DNA of 64,000 nt, from contig URJL01000005.1 in assembly GCA_900548115.1 (NCBI GenBank), positions 2,434-66,433 on the forward strand. Reading direction: 5' to 3'. A model generated the notes under the pieces. The model saw only the letters and a list, made by a program, of their open reading frames with translations, searched no databases and was not told the DNA's origin. The stretch's first letter is position 1. The number at the start of each line of letters is the position of its first letter. This stretch comes from an uncultured Eubacteriales bacterium. Lineage in GTDB: Bacteria; Bacillota; Clostridia; Oscillospirales; CAG-382. Below, piece by piece: positions 45,165 to 54,178 of this stretch. A program made the position numbers and the translations under genes.

Positions 45165-47321
45165 TCATCGGATATTGCAGGTAAAAGCGGCGCTTCCGCA
45201 CGCTTTTTTCCTTTCGCCGTCGGGAAGCAGAACCGTCGCTTCCGCTCCGTCGGGAAGCCCGACGCGAAGCGCAAAGCTTTCGCCCTCGACCGTCCAGTCG
45301 ACCGAAACGATTCCGAAACGGGTCGGGACGGTGCCTTTGGCAAAGGTGAGCTCTCCGCACTGCGGCGCAACGGTAAGACCGTTTTCGTCGGTGCTCACGC
45401 CCAAAACCCGCGCGGCAAATTCATAAAGCGGCGCACAGCTCCACGCATGGCACTCGCTTCGCGGGGCCTTACTCGTGTCCTCGCACCACGTCGTGCAGTG
45501 ATTTTCCAGCATGGGAAGCCATTTCGGCAAAACGTGCGAAAAGGCAAGATCGTACCGTCCGCATTTTTCGAGTGCGCGGAAAAGATAATAATTCATCGAG
45601 AAGGAGCAATCGGAAAGCGCGGGCGTAAAGAGCTTTTCGCAGGCTCTCTCGGCGTGTTTTCCCGTCAGAACCTCCGAGAGAATGCCCCAGACGACGGTGT
45701 GCGCCGAAAATCCGCCCGAAAAAGCGCCGTCGCGAAGCAGTCCTTCTTTTTCGTCATAGCAGCGGGAAAGAACCGTCTCGGAAAGCTCCTTTGCCCGCGC
45801 GGCATATTCCGCTCCGAGTCCGCCGCGTCCGACCTTTTCGCAAAGATATGCCGCCGCGCGCAGAGCGCAGATGTAATAAAGATTATAAAGTGTGACTGCG
45901 TCGTTTCGTTCGACGGGCGGCACACCGAGCTTCCAGCCCTCGACCCAGTCGGCAAAATCCCAATAGGCAGAACGTCCGATAAGTCCGTCGCGGCGGATTT
46001 CGCCGTCAAAATACGAAAAGATTTTATCCGCCGTCGAAAGGTGCGAAAGCACCGTCTCGCGGTCGCCCGAGCGGTCGAAGTATTCCCGCAGAAGGAAAAC
46101 CCAGAAGAAAGAAAAGCCGGGAATTATCTGATGATAGGTCGCGGGATAATTCGCACACAAAAGCCCCTCGGGAATCTGCGATGCCGCAAGCTCGTCGATA
46201 CATTTTCGAACGGGACGGAGATCGTGCGAAAGGCACATGAGAACGCTTGCCTCGATCGCCGTGTCCATAATGTATTGCTGCTGTTCGTAATACGGGCAGT
46301 CAACGAAGATCTCGTGAAGACAGCAAAGAAGCGTATGCGCACTGACCGCATACATTTGATTGTAATGCTCGTCCGAGCAGGAAAAAGTGCCGTCAAGGCT
46401 CAGGGGATAATGACACGTTTCAAAGAAAAAGTCGGAAAAGTCCATGTCGGGCCCGTCCCACTCAATTCGGATATAGCGGAAGGAACGGAACCAAAAGCTG
46501 TGAAATTCGGCTTTGCCGTCGACCAAAACCGTATCGTACCCGCCCGAAAGCGTGCCGCTTATATCGTCGCGGCGGTGCTTGCCGTCGGGAAATTCATAAC
46601 ATTCGGCATAGATCAATTTAAATTTTCCCTTTCCCGAAAGACGCACGGATACCTTCGCGGTCTCATACCGTCCCGCATCCAGCTCCGCAAAGCCTTCGCC
46701 GCGCCGAACGACGGTAAAGGGCTTTTTTTCCTCGGGCACGATCGGCGGGGTGGGACGCGCAAAAAGATACGGATCTTCCCAAAATCCGTACCCCGTTCCC
46801 CTTTCCGTTCCGAAAGTTCGCTCGGGCATCTGCACCGTGACGGCAAGCTCGGTCACGGGAGCGGTCGTATCGACCCTTTCCCACGGGGCGATAAAGCCGA
46901 TCGACGGGTGGGTGTAAACAAGGTCGTGCCCGCCGTAAAACAGGATCTTCCAATCCTTATCGCCCTCGAGACGAAAATCTTCTCCCGCCGCTTCAAACAA
47001 AAGCTTCGGCAAAAAGCTCCGCTGTACCGTCGAAAACTCGAGCGCCCGTCCGAAGGCGGTAAGCCCCATGTGCAGAATGCGGACGCAAAAAGCGCTTTCG
47101 CCGACGGGGAGCGTCACGGTATAGGTATCGTAAAAGCCGTGATCGGGAATCGTTCGGCACGGTCCTTCGCCGACATACTTGCCGTTCAGCGTGAGTATGT
47201 AGCGTGTCATGGCAAAAATCCGAACCGTAACGGTCGTTTCCTTTTCGACCGAAAAAGTGCGGGTAAAATCGTATATTCCCTTATCATGCGGGATTCTTTC
47301 GGGGGTGATATAATGCGGCAT
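45165..47321 (-). CDS. six-hairpin (alpha/alpha)6 glycoside hydrolase, alpha-L-rhamnosidase (GH78)-like, cytoplasmic
   Basis: N-terminal beta-sandwich domains, then VDCPYYEQQQYIMDT and a helical barrel region ending in CHAWSCAPLYEF plus a C-terminal beta domain. Resembles rhamnosidase-related proteins. No signal peptide. Family assignment by eye only. Confidence 0.55.
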   Translation of the reverse strand: MPHYITPERIPHDKGIYDFTRTFSVEKETTVTVRIFAMTRYILTLNGKYVGEGPCRTIPDHGFYDTYTVTLPVGESAFCVRILHMGLTAFGRALEFSTVQRSFLPKLLFEAAGEDFRLEGDKDWKILFYGGHDLVYTHPSIGFIAPWERVDTTAPVTELAVTVQMPERTFGTERGTGYGFWEDPYLFARPTPPIVPEEKKPFTVVRRGEGFAELDAGRYETAKVSVRLSGKGKFKLIYAECYEFPDGKHRRDDISGTLSGGYDTVLVDGKAEFHSFWFRSFRYIRIEWDGPDMDFSDFFFETCHYPLSLDGTFSCSDEHYNQMYAVSAHTLLCCLHEIFVDCPYYEQQQYIMDTAIEASVLMCLSHDLRPVRKCIDELAASQIPEGLLCANYPATYHQIIPGFSFFWVFLLREYFDRSGDRETVLSHLSTADKIFSYFDGEIRRDGLIGRSAYWDFADWVEGWKLGVPPVERNDAVTLYNLYYICALRAAAYLCEKVGRGGLGAEYAARAKELSETVLSRCYDEKEGLLRDGAFSGGFSAHTVVWGILSEVLTGKHAERACEKLFTPALSDCSFSMNYYLFRALEKCGRYDLAFSHVLPKWLPMLENHCTTWCEDTSKAPRSECHAWSCAPLYEFAARVLGVSTDENGLTVAPQCGELTFAKGTVPTRFGIVSVDWTVEGESFALRVGLPDGAEATVLLPDGERKKACGSAAFTCNIR

Positions 47322-47333
47322 AAGAAAACTCCT

Positions 47334-48296
47334 TTATTTTTCTATCATTTGCTTTTGGGCGGCGGGCGGAAATTCCAGCGTCATCCGACCGATCTTGGCG
47401 GCGCGGAATTCGTCGAGCAGCATGACGGCGGTGCGGGAAAAGTCCACCTCGCCCCCCGCGATGAGAAATCCGCGGCGTCTGCCGATCAGCTCAAACACCT
47501 CGTGCGGCGCGGCGTCGTCGATCTCTTCGCGCGTCATCTTATAGCGCTCGCACAGTTCGTCGGGATACAGCTTGCAAAGGGTCTTGCAAAGCGAAACGGC
47601 AATTTCCTCGCGGTCCAGAATCTCGTCGCGGATCGCCCCCGTAAAGGCAAGACGCAGACCCGTCCGCTCATCCTCGAACTTCGGCCACAAAATGCCGGGG
47701 GTGTCGAGAAGCTCGATGCTGTTTTTGATCGTCACCCATTTGTTTTCCCGCGTCACGCCGGGTCTGTCCTCGGCTTTGACGCGCTTTTCGCCCGAAAGCT
47801 TGTTGACAAGGGTCGATTTGCCCGCGTTGGTAATGCCGATGATCAGCGCGCGCGGCATTCGCCCGATCATGCCCTTTTGCTCGAAGCGCGAAAGCTTGTC
47901 CTTTAATATCTCCCGCACAAAAGGAACAATTTCCGAAATGCCCTGCCCCGTGATACAGTCGGTGAAAATGACGTTTTGCCCGATGCTTTCGTAATATTTT
48001 TTCCAGCGGGCGCTCACCTCGGGATCGGCAAGCGACGATTTGTTCATCAGAAGAAGCGACGGCTTTCCGTTCAATATCTCGCTTATTTGCGGGTTGCGGC
48101 TCGATATCGGGATTCTTGCGTCGCAAAGCTCGATAGCGATATCCACCAGCGAAAGCTGTTCGGTGATCTCCCGACGGGCTTTCGCCATATGACCGGGAAA
48201 CCATTGGATCACCTTGCCCACCTCACGCGGCGGTTTTCCCTCGACGGCGGGGCGATTTTTTTTCTTTTTGGGGCGATACGGTTTATAATTTGCCAT
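47334..48296 (-). CDS. rbgA: ribosome biogenesis GTPase A (YlqF)
   Basis: IQWFPGHMAKARREI. Circularly permuted GTPase order: NKSSL (NKxD), then GITNAGKSTLVNKL (P-loop), then DTPGILWP. Confidence 0.92.
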   Translation of the reverse strand: MANYKPYRPKKKKNRPAVEGKPPREVGKVIQWFPGHMAKARREITEQLSLVDIAIELCDARIPISSRNPQISEILNGKPSLLLMNKSSLADPEVSARWKKYYESIGQNVIFTDCITGQGISEIVPFVREILKDKLSRFEQKGMIGRMPRALIIGITNAGKSTLVNKLSGEKRVKAEDRPGVTRENKWVTIKNSIELLDTPGILWPKFEDERTGLRLAFTGAIRDEILDREEIAVSLCKTLCKLYPDELCERYKMTREEIDDAAPHEVFELIGRRRGFLIAGGEVDFSRTAVMLLDEFRAAKIGRMTLEFPPAAQKQMIEK

Positions 48297-48315
48297 AATA
48301 CTCCTTTTTCGGTTT

Positions 48316-49158
48316 TCAGTTCACAAGAATTTTTCCGTCAAGACCGACTATATAGCAATCGGGCAGTTTTTCCTTGATGTGCGCAAGCGCCGCCGGATCG
48401 TTTTCGATCTTTCGTCCGACAAAAACGCCCTCGATGAGCGACGCGGGCAGTCCGAACATGATCGCCGCTTCGCGGTCGGTATCCTGCGCCGTGGGATGAA
48501 AACGAAGCTCGAGAAATTTCGGGTAATACCGATAATCCAAAAAAGGCTCAAGAGTCTCCGGGGAAAAATCGGTGTTCCATATATCGGCGCGGCGCATTTC
48601 GCGCGCTTCTTCGGAATCGATGCCGAGAATGAACGCGATCTGTCGTTTTTCGGAAACGAGACCGGGGAGAAACGACACTTCCTTCGTCTTTTCGCCCCAA
48701 TACATCCAGATGCTCTCGTCGTTATTGATCTTTTCGGTAAATTCGTCGAATTTTCGATACGGGATCATTTCGCTCCGACGCTCCGCTTCGGGCCCCCGCC
48801 CGACGGTGTAGGTGATTGTAAAGCCGCTGTATTTGTAAATGTAATCGGAAAGGGCGATGTCCTTTTCAAATTTCCACATGCCCACTCCGTTTTTGATCTT
48901 GTTTTCGCGCGACGTGTCGGTAAAATCGATGGCGACAAAGCCGTTTTCGACAGTGAAATCGAACTCCGAAAGCCCACCGAAAATGCCGTGCATCAAATTG
49001 TCGCGGTGTAAAATCAGGTCCTCTCCGACTTCGACCTTGCGCTTTTTCACGGGAGGGCAGGAGTAAAAAAGTTCCAGCTGGCGCAAAAGCACCCGCCGCG
49101 CTTCTCCCCCGAAGTGCTCTTCGATCACGGATCGGTAATATTCTTTGTTATATGTCAT
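48316..49158 (-). CDS. hypothetical cytoplasmic protein, no family recognised
   Basis: 280-aa ORF with normal composition. Tightly packed between lepB (27 nt upstream) and rbgA (19 nt downstream) on the same strand. Confidence 0.6.
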   Translation of the reverse strand: MTYNKEYYRSVIEEHFGGEARRVLLRQLELFYSCPPVKKRKVEVGEDLILHRDNLMHGIFGGLSEFDFTVENGFVAIDFTDTSRENKIKNGVGMWKFEKDIALSDYIYKYSGFTITYTVGRGPEAERRSEMIPYRKFDEFTEKINNDESIWMYWGEKTKEVSFLPGLVSEKRQIAFILGIDSEEAREMRRADIWNTDFSPETLEPFLDYRYYPKFLELRFHPTAQDTDREAAIMFGLPASLIEGVFVGRKIENDPAALAHIKEKLPDCYIVGLDGKILVN

Positions 49159-49185
49159 GCCTTTTCTTCCGGTTTTATCAATGTC

Positions 49186-49992
49186 TCACCACGACGCCGC
49201 AAACTCGTTGTCTCCGATCTGCGGCGCGGTGCTTTCGGTTTCTTCTCTGAGCTTTTCCCGTTCGTATGCGGCGACCGATTCGGCGGCGGGTTCGACCTTT
49301 CCGAAGCGGTCAAAGGGGTAAAGGCGGAAAAGCACGCGCCCGACAATCCGACTTTCGTTTACCTGACCAATCTGTGTGTCGCGGCTGTCGAGCGAATCGT
49401 TGCGGTTATCGCCCATGACAAAAACACAGTCCTTGTCGATCGTCAGCGGAAATTTCACATCCTTGTCGTGCATTTTCACGCCCTCGATGCGGTTGATGTA
49501 CGGCTCCTCCAATTCCTCGCCGTCGACATAAACGCGCCAGTTGTCAAAATCAATATCCACCGTCTGTCCCTCGGTCGCGATAATGCGCTTGATGATCGGC
49601 TTTTTGTTTTCGCGGCGGACAACGACGATATCACCCGTTTTGGGCGTATAGAACATGTCGGAAAGCACCAATCTGTCGCCCGGCTTGTCGGGAAAAGTAC
49701 CCACGCCGTACAGGGTCGGATACATCGACGAGCCCTGCACCGTCACGACGCGGAGCATAAAGGTGAAAAAAATCAGGACGACGGCAAAAGCCGTGGCAAA
49801 CGTTTCGATCCAGTCGTACACGTCGTGCAGAATCTGCACGCTTTTTTTCGTTTTCGCCTCCGTTTTCTCTTCGCCGTTTTCTGTATTTTTCTGCGTGTTT
49901 TCTTTTTCGTTTTCCTTCGGGCTTTCGTTTTCCGTGTCTTGACTCTTTTTCTCTTCGGTCGGTTCGTTTATCGGTTCGTTCGGATTCGGCAT
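49186..49992 (-). CDS. lepB: signal peptidase I
   Basis: TM anchor. Catalytic Ser box GSSMYPTL, Lys box IIKRIIATEGQ, VFVMGDNRNDSLDSR. Glu/Lys-rich N-terminal tail. Confidence 0.9.
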   Translation of the reverse strand: MPNPNEPINEPTEEKKSQDTENESPKENEKENTQKNTENGEEKTEAKTKKSVQILHDVYDWIETFATAFAVVLIFFTFMLRVVTVQGSSMYPTLYGVGTFPDKPGDRLVLSDMFYTPKTGDIVVVRRENKKPIIKRIIATEGQTVDIDFDNWRVYVDGEELEEPYINRIEGVKMHDKDVKFPLTIDKDCVFVMGDNRNDSLDSRDTQIGQVNESRIVGRVLFRLYPFDRFGKVEPAAESVAAYEREKLREETESTAPQIGDNEFAASW

Positions 49993-50087
49993 ATTTGTTT
50001 TTCTCCTTTTTTGAACGGTTTATACGGTTTTACGCGGCTTGGCCGGGCACGTTTTTCCCACGCCCGCACGGGGTTAACTCGGGGAAC

Positions 50088-50115
50088 AAAAAAGGAGCCG
50101 TGCGCGGCTCCTTTT
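50088..50115 (-). terminator. intrinsic terminator after rplS
   Basis: GGAGCCG-TGCG-CGGCTCC (50094-50111). U-run on the minus strand from 50093-50088. Confidence 0.65.
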
Positions 50116-50163
50116 CTGCGGTATGACCGCATAGTGCTGTCTTATCGGACGCAAAAATCCAAA

Positions 50164-50514
50164 TTAAAGGATTTCCTTCAGCTTTGCACTCTTGCCGACT
50201 CTGTCGCGCAGATAGTAAAGCTTTGCACGTCTTACCTTACCGTGTCTTACGAGTTCGACCTTGGCAACATTCGGAGAATGAAGCGGGAAAGTCTTCTCGA
50301 CGCCGCAGCCGTACGCAACACGGCGAACGGTGAAGGTTTCGGAGATGCCGCCGTTCTTCTTGGCGATAACGGTGCCTTCGAATAACTGGATTCTCTCTCT
50401 CTGACCTTCCTTGATGCGGTTGTGAACGATCACGGTATCACCGATGGCGATTTCCGGAACCTCGGTCTTAAGCTGCTCGTTTGTGAAAGCGTTTATGATC
50501 GCATTGTTGTTCAT
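50164..50514 (-). CDS. rplS: 50S ribosomal protein L19
   Basis: [65 protein letters not shown]. Start at ATG 50514 with AAGGAGG upstream. Confidence 0.95.
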   Translation of the reverse strand: MNNNAIINAFTNEQLKTEVPEIAIGDTVIVHNRIKEGQRERIQLFEGTVIAKKNGGISETFTVRRVAYGCGVEKTFPLHSPNVAKVELVRHGKVRRAKLYYLRDRVGKSAKLKEIL

Positions 50515-50622
50515 AAAGCTGTCCTCCTTAAAATCTCGGGTATTCATGCGCAGCAGCAGCAGAGGAATGCCCCTGTAATCGTGACGGAAAAGGCGGAATC
50601 CACCGCTTTCCATAACGGGTCA

Positions 50623-50651
50623 ATTATAGCATACAAAGAGAAGAAAATCAA
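50623..50651 (-). promoter_or_regulatory. candidate sigma-A promoter of rplS
   Basis: Minus strand: TTGATT (50651-50646), 17 nt, TGcTATAAT extended -10 (TATAAT 50628-50623). Confidence 0.6.
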
Positions 50652-50768
50652 GCGTTTCACAGATTATTTACATTTATTCATCCCCTCGCGTTTTTCTTGA
50701 TTTTTCAAACAAAAAAAGCGCCGAAAGAAAAAATATTGCCGAAAAATTCGTTTTTTTCGAAAAAACTC

Positions 50769-50797
50769 TTGACAAAGCCCTTTGCTTTTGATATAAT
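50769..50797 (+). promoter_or_regulatory. consensus sigma-A promoter of the tRNA pair
   Basis: TTGACA (50769-50774), 17 nt, TGaTATAAT (TATAAT 50792-50797). About 45 nt upstream of tRNA-Met. Confidence 0.75.
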
Positions 50798-50842
50798 ATA
50801 CGAGCACGCGACGGAAGACTCCGATTCGCGCGGCACAAGCAT

Positions 50843-50919
50843 GGCGGAATAGCTCAGCTGGCTAGAGCATCCGGTTCATACCCGGCAGGTCACTGGTTCA
50901 AATCCAGTTTCCGCTACCA
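50843..50919 (+). tRNA. tRNA-Met (CAU), elongator type
   Basis: Cloverleaf: GGCGGAA/TTCCGCT acceptor (G1.U72, as in the B. subtilis elongator tRNA-Met as I recall it), D-arm GCTCAGCTGGCTAGAGC, anticodon loop TTCATAC, T-arm ACTGG-TTCAAAT-CCAGT, encoded CCA. Confidence 0.9.
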
Positions 50920-50953
50920 CATCGCCGGAGGGCAGCAGCCCTTTGGTTGATAC

Positions 50954-51028
50954 GGCCCGTTGGTCAAGCGGTTAAGACACGGCCCTTTCACGGCTGTAAC
51001 ATGGGTTCGATTCCCGTACGGGTCACCA
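50954..51028 (+). tRNA. tRNA-Glu (UUC)
   Basis: GGCCCGTTGGTCAAGCGGTTAAGACAC...CTTTCAC...GGGTTCGATTCCCGTACGGGTCACCA. Closely resembles the canonical Firmicute tRNA-Glu as recalled. Anticodon loop CTTTCAC. Confidence 0.92.
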
Positions 51029-51033
51029 CGAAG

Positions 51034-51066
51034 AAAAAAGCACTTGCTTTCGCAAGTGCTTTTTTC
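51034..51066 (+). terminator. intrinsic terminator after the tRNAs (palindromic, could act on both strands)
   Basis: AAAAAAGCACTTGC-TTTC-GCAAGTGCTTTTTT. Confidence 0.85.
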
Positions 51067-51198
51067 GTTGTATGCGGCTTATTGCCTTACGCCGCGCGGT
51101 ATCGCTTCGCGGTGACAGGCGCCTTGCGGCGCGTGACCTTTGCCTTCGGCAGTTATGTGCTGAGCGAAAGCGAAGCATCATCACTTTGCGCAAGCAAA

Positions 51199-51270
51199 AT
51201 ATCACACCGAGTAAAGCTCGACATATCACTGCGAGCAAAGCGAGCAATATCACTGTGAGCGCAGCGAACA
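51199..51270. repeat. 3 x 24-nt tandem units beginning ATATCAC
   Basis: ATATCACACCGAGTAAAGCTCGAC / ATATCACTGCGAGCAAAGCGAGCA / ATATCACTGTGAGCGCAGCGAACA. The third unit contains the spoIIE stop codon (51250-51252). Confidence 0.85.
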
Positions 51271-53793
51271 ACCGTCCTCTACTCTTACCGCAACGCAAGT
51301 CATATCGTCGTCGCGCACATTCATTTTTTTCGCCTTGGAAAGCACGGCGGAGCAGAGCTTTGCGGGGTCCTGCGCTGCTTTTTCCGAAAGCATTTCGCAC
51401 AGCCACGGAACCTCGTCATACGACTGCACAATCCCGTCCGACACCATAACCACAACATCGCCCGGCTCGAGCGTGAATTTTGTGTTTTCGGCATTGAACG
51501 ATCGGATAATGCCCGCCGGCGGCGTGCAGGAAGCGATCTTATAAAGCTTCGCCGCGCGAAGGATATACGCCGGCGCCGCTCCCGCCTTAATAAACGACGC
51601 TTCACCCGTTAAGAGGTCGATCTCCAAAAGGTCGACCGTCGCAAAGCTCTCGTCGCTTTTGGAGAGCAAAAGGTCGTTTAAAAGCTCAAGCGTCACGTTT
51701 TTATGTGCGCCCGTCGTCAGAAGCTTTTCGACAAACACCGACGTAAGGCGCGAGGTCAGCGCCGCACTTCTTCCGCTTCCCATACCGTCCGAAATCAGCG
51801 CATAAAACGTGTCTTCGTCGTTTTCGAAAAAGCTCACGCTGTCGCCGCTCACGGTGTTCTCCCCTTTCGCGCCGATACTGCGGGCATATTCAAGCTTCAA
51901 TTTTCTCGCCCGACGCAGACGCATGGTCGTTTTGCTTCCCACTCCGAGAAACTCGGGTTCGGTGAGCAAAAGTCCGCACTTTTCGCCGACAAAATCGGCG
52001 ATCTCCCGCGCCGTACAGGGAAAGCCCGTAAGGCACACGCCGTATACGTCGATGATCTTTTCGCGCGCGCCGTAAGCGTCGACCGACGAAAAACGCACGC
52101 CGATCCCGCAGAGCGCCGCCGTCACTTTTTCCGCAAGCGCTTTGTCGGGCGTCTTGTCGGCATCGCTTTTTTGTGAGGTATATTTGATCAGTCTTGCCAT
52201 GGCATTATACTCCGATGCTAAAATTTCGGTCTTGTTTTCTTTTATTTTTTCGGAAACCATTTCTGCGTATCCGTCGTTGAGATGCACGATCAGCTCGGGA
52301 AGCTTAAGACAGCTCGAGGCGTATTTTTCGGGAAGATCGGCGATCTTCAGTCCGCCCGACCCGAGACGCGCCAAAACGATGTCCTCGACGTGCGCCGAAT
52401 CGTAAAGCTTCTTACTATAGCAATTCTCCCGCATGGCGCACGCGCCGCAAAAGCGGTCGCAAACCGCGTGAACCACTTCGCGCACCTCCTCTTCACTCGG
52501 ATACCGAAGCTTGTCCGAAACGTTAAACAGCATATCCGAAACCGACGTGAGCGTTGACGAAAGCCCCTCCATACGCCCGCAGGACGCCCGTTCGGCGACA
52601 GTGCGCCGCCCGACCAGAAGGCGCGGCAAAAGGCGCGGGATGTATTCGCAAAGCGGTATGTACAAAACCGTTCCCGCAAGCGCGCTCAAAAAAGCGTCAT
52701 ACGCCGAAAGCGGCACCGTCGCAAGCGTCACCGACGAAAAGGTCAAAAGAAACAACGGGAGCATAACGGTCTTTTTTCTGCCGAAGGTAAAGCCCGCGGC
52801 AAAGCCGCCCGCACCGAGGGCAAAGGCAAAGGGGAGCGTTCCGCTCGACACGCCGCACAAAAGGCCGAACAAAAGCCCGTAAAGCGGTCCCGAGCACGCC
52901 GCCGCCAACACAAAGATCGGCGCGACGATCAAAGAGGAAAAAAGCTTTCCGAGCGCAATGCTTCCCGCGGCATAGGTCAACAGTCCCGCCGAAAGGCAAA
53001 GCGCGCAGTCGGACAGAATATTCTTCGACCTTTTCTCGCACGAAAGACGGCTGAAGCAATAGGTAAGAAGCGGAAGCGTCACGGCATATGTCCCGCCGCG
53101 CAGAAGATATTCGGCGCGAAATCCGCCCGCCGCCGCCATAATGCCGCCGAACGTCACCGAAAGTCCGAGTGACAAAAGCACTTTTTCTTTGAGCGGTTCG
53201 GAAAATCGGCTGCGGCTGAGATAGGCACGGACAAACAGTGCAAGGATATTCAGCGCAAAATATGCGCCCGAAAACTCGGTGTACCCGATCGCACGAAGGC
53301 TTGCGCCGAGACAGGCAAAGACCGCATATTTTCCCGCGGCGCACAACAGCGCCGTCCCGCAGGGATACATCCCGAACGGAAGCGCCGCACCGCCCAAAAA
53401 ATAGCCCGCCGCGCAATGCGTAAGGCACGGCAAAAGTCTTTCGAATATGCCTTTTGCTTTTTCAAGCGCCGTGCTCCGCGCTCTTTTTGCCTTCCCGCCC
53501 GCAGCGTATCGTTCGGTGCACGCCGCGTCGTTCCCGATGCCCGTTCTTCGTTTGCGCAGAAGCATCGCAAGGCGTCCCGCTTCCTCTTTGGCATCGGAAA
53601 AGCCCGCCTGCGCGGCGATTGCAAAACGTCGAAGAAGGATTCTTCCCCTTTTTTTCGCCCTCTCCCCCGCTCTTTTCTCCGTTCTTATCTCCGCTCTTTT
53701 TTCTTCCCCGTTTTTCGCCCCTTGTACGCGTGCCCTTTGCCTTTTCCCGCCCGAAAGCACGGTGCGCGGCGCAAACATTCCCTGCTCGTTCAT
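51250..53793 (-). CDS. spoIIE: stage II sporulation protein E (membrane PP2C phosphatase)
   Basis: Polytopic N-terminal half plus C-terminal PP2C/SpoIIE domain (SGDSVSFFENDEDTFYALISDGMGSG, VDLLEIDLLTGEASFIKAGAAP, GDVVVMVSDGI, DDMTCVAV). The start is uncertain: about 130 aa of basic sequence precede the first TM segment. Confidence 0.88.
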   Translation of the reverse strand: MNEQGMFAPRTVLSGGKRQRARVQGAKNGEEKRAEIRTEKRAGERAKKRGRILLRRFAIAAQAGFSDAKEEAGRLAMLLRKRRTGIGNDAACTERYAAGGKAKRARSTALEKAKGIFERLLPCLTHCAAGYFLGGAALPFGMYPCGTALLCAAGKYAVFACLGASLRAIGYTEFSGAYFALNILALFVRAYLSRSRFSEPLKEKVLLSLGLSVTFGGIMAAAGGFRAEYLLRGGTYAVTLPLLTYCFSRLSCEKRSKNILSDCALCLSAGLLTYAAGSIALGKLFSSLIVAPIFVLAAACSGPLYGLLFGLLCGVSSGTLPFAFALGAGGFAAGFTFGRKKTVMLPLFLLTFSSVTLATVPLSAYDAFLSALAGTVLYIPLCEYIPRLLPRLLVGRRTVAERASCGRMEGLSSTLTSVSDMLFNVSDKLRYPSEEEVREVVHAVCDRFCGACAMRENCYSKKLYDSAHVEDIVLARLGSGGLKIADLPEKYASSCLKLPELIVHLNDGYAEMVSEKIKENKTEILASEYNAMARLIKYTSQKSDADKTPDKALAEKVTAALCGIGVRFSSVDAYGAREKIIDVYGVCLTGFPCTAREIADFVGEKCGLLLTEPEFLGVGSKTTMRLRRARKLKLEYARSIGAKGENTVSGDSVSFFENDEDTFYALISDGMGSGRSAALTSRLTSVFVEKLLTTGAHKNVTLELLNDLLLSKSDESFATVDLLEIDLLTGEASFIKAGAAPAYILRAAKLYKIASCTPPAGIIRSFNAENTKFTLEPGDVVVMVSDGIVQSYDEVPWLCEMLSEKAAQDPAKLCSAVLSKAKKMNVRDDDMTCVAVRVEDGCSLRSQ

Positions 53794-54178
53794 ACTTTCA
53801 CATCCTCGTTTTGGTAAACTTTGCCAATACTGTTAAGCCTATTATACTCACCTGTTCCCGTGAAATCTGTCGAAGCGGGGCGGATGGGAAAAAGATTCGT
53901 TGGGTGATCAAAAATATTTGTAAACTTTCGATGAATATCCTCTATATATAACATATGGTAAAATGATTGTCGTGCCAAGCAAACAAATTCTTTATAATTA
54001 TTCAAGGAGGAAAACGGCATGCTATCCTTTTGCAAAAGGGCAGCGTCCCTTCTTTTGAGTTTTCCCTTGCAAAATAACACCGCAAGACCCGAAAGGAATC
54101 GGCTGGCTGTTTGACAAGATCGGAACACATATTATTACCAGCTATCGTGAGGGCGCACAATTAAGCGTACATGAAAGC

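Noticed and set aside
44961-47906. 981-aa ORF on the + strand, the longest ORF in this part of the window.
   Set aside because: It runs antisense through three genes with clear family signatures (DUF4321, GH78-like hydrolase, rbgA). Its translation is Arg/Gly/Lys/Ala-rich low complexity with no motif or RBS. Long antisense ORFs are expected in GC-rich DNA.
53790-54128. 112-aa minus-strand ORF upstream of spoIIE.
   Set aside because: It has no RBS or motif, overlaps the RBS-preceded + strand start at 54019, and sits in an AT-rich intergenic region.
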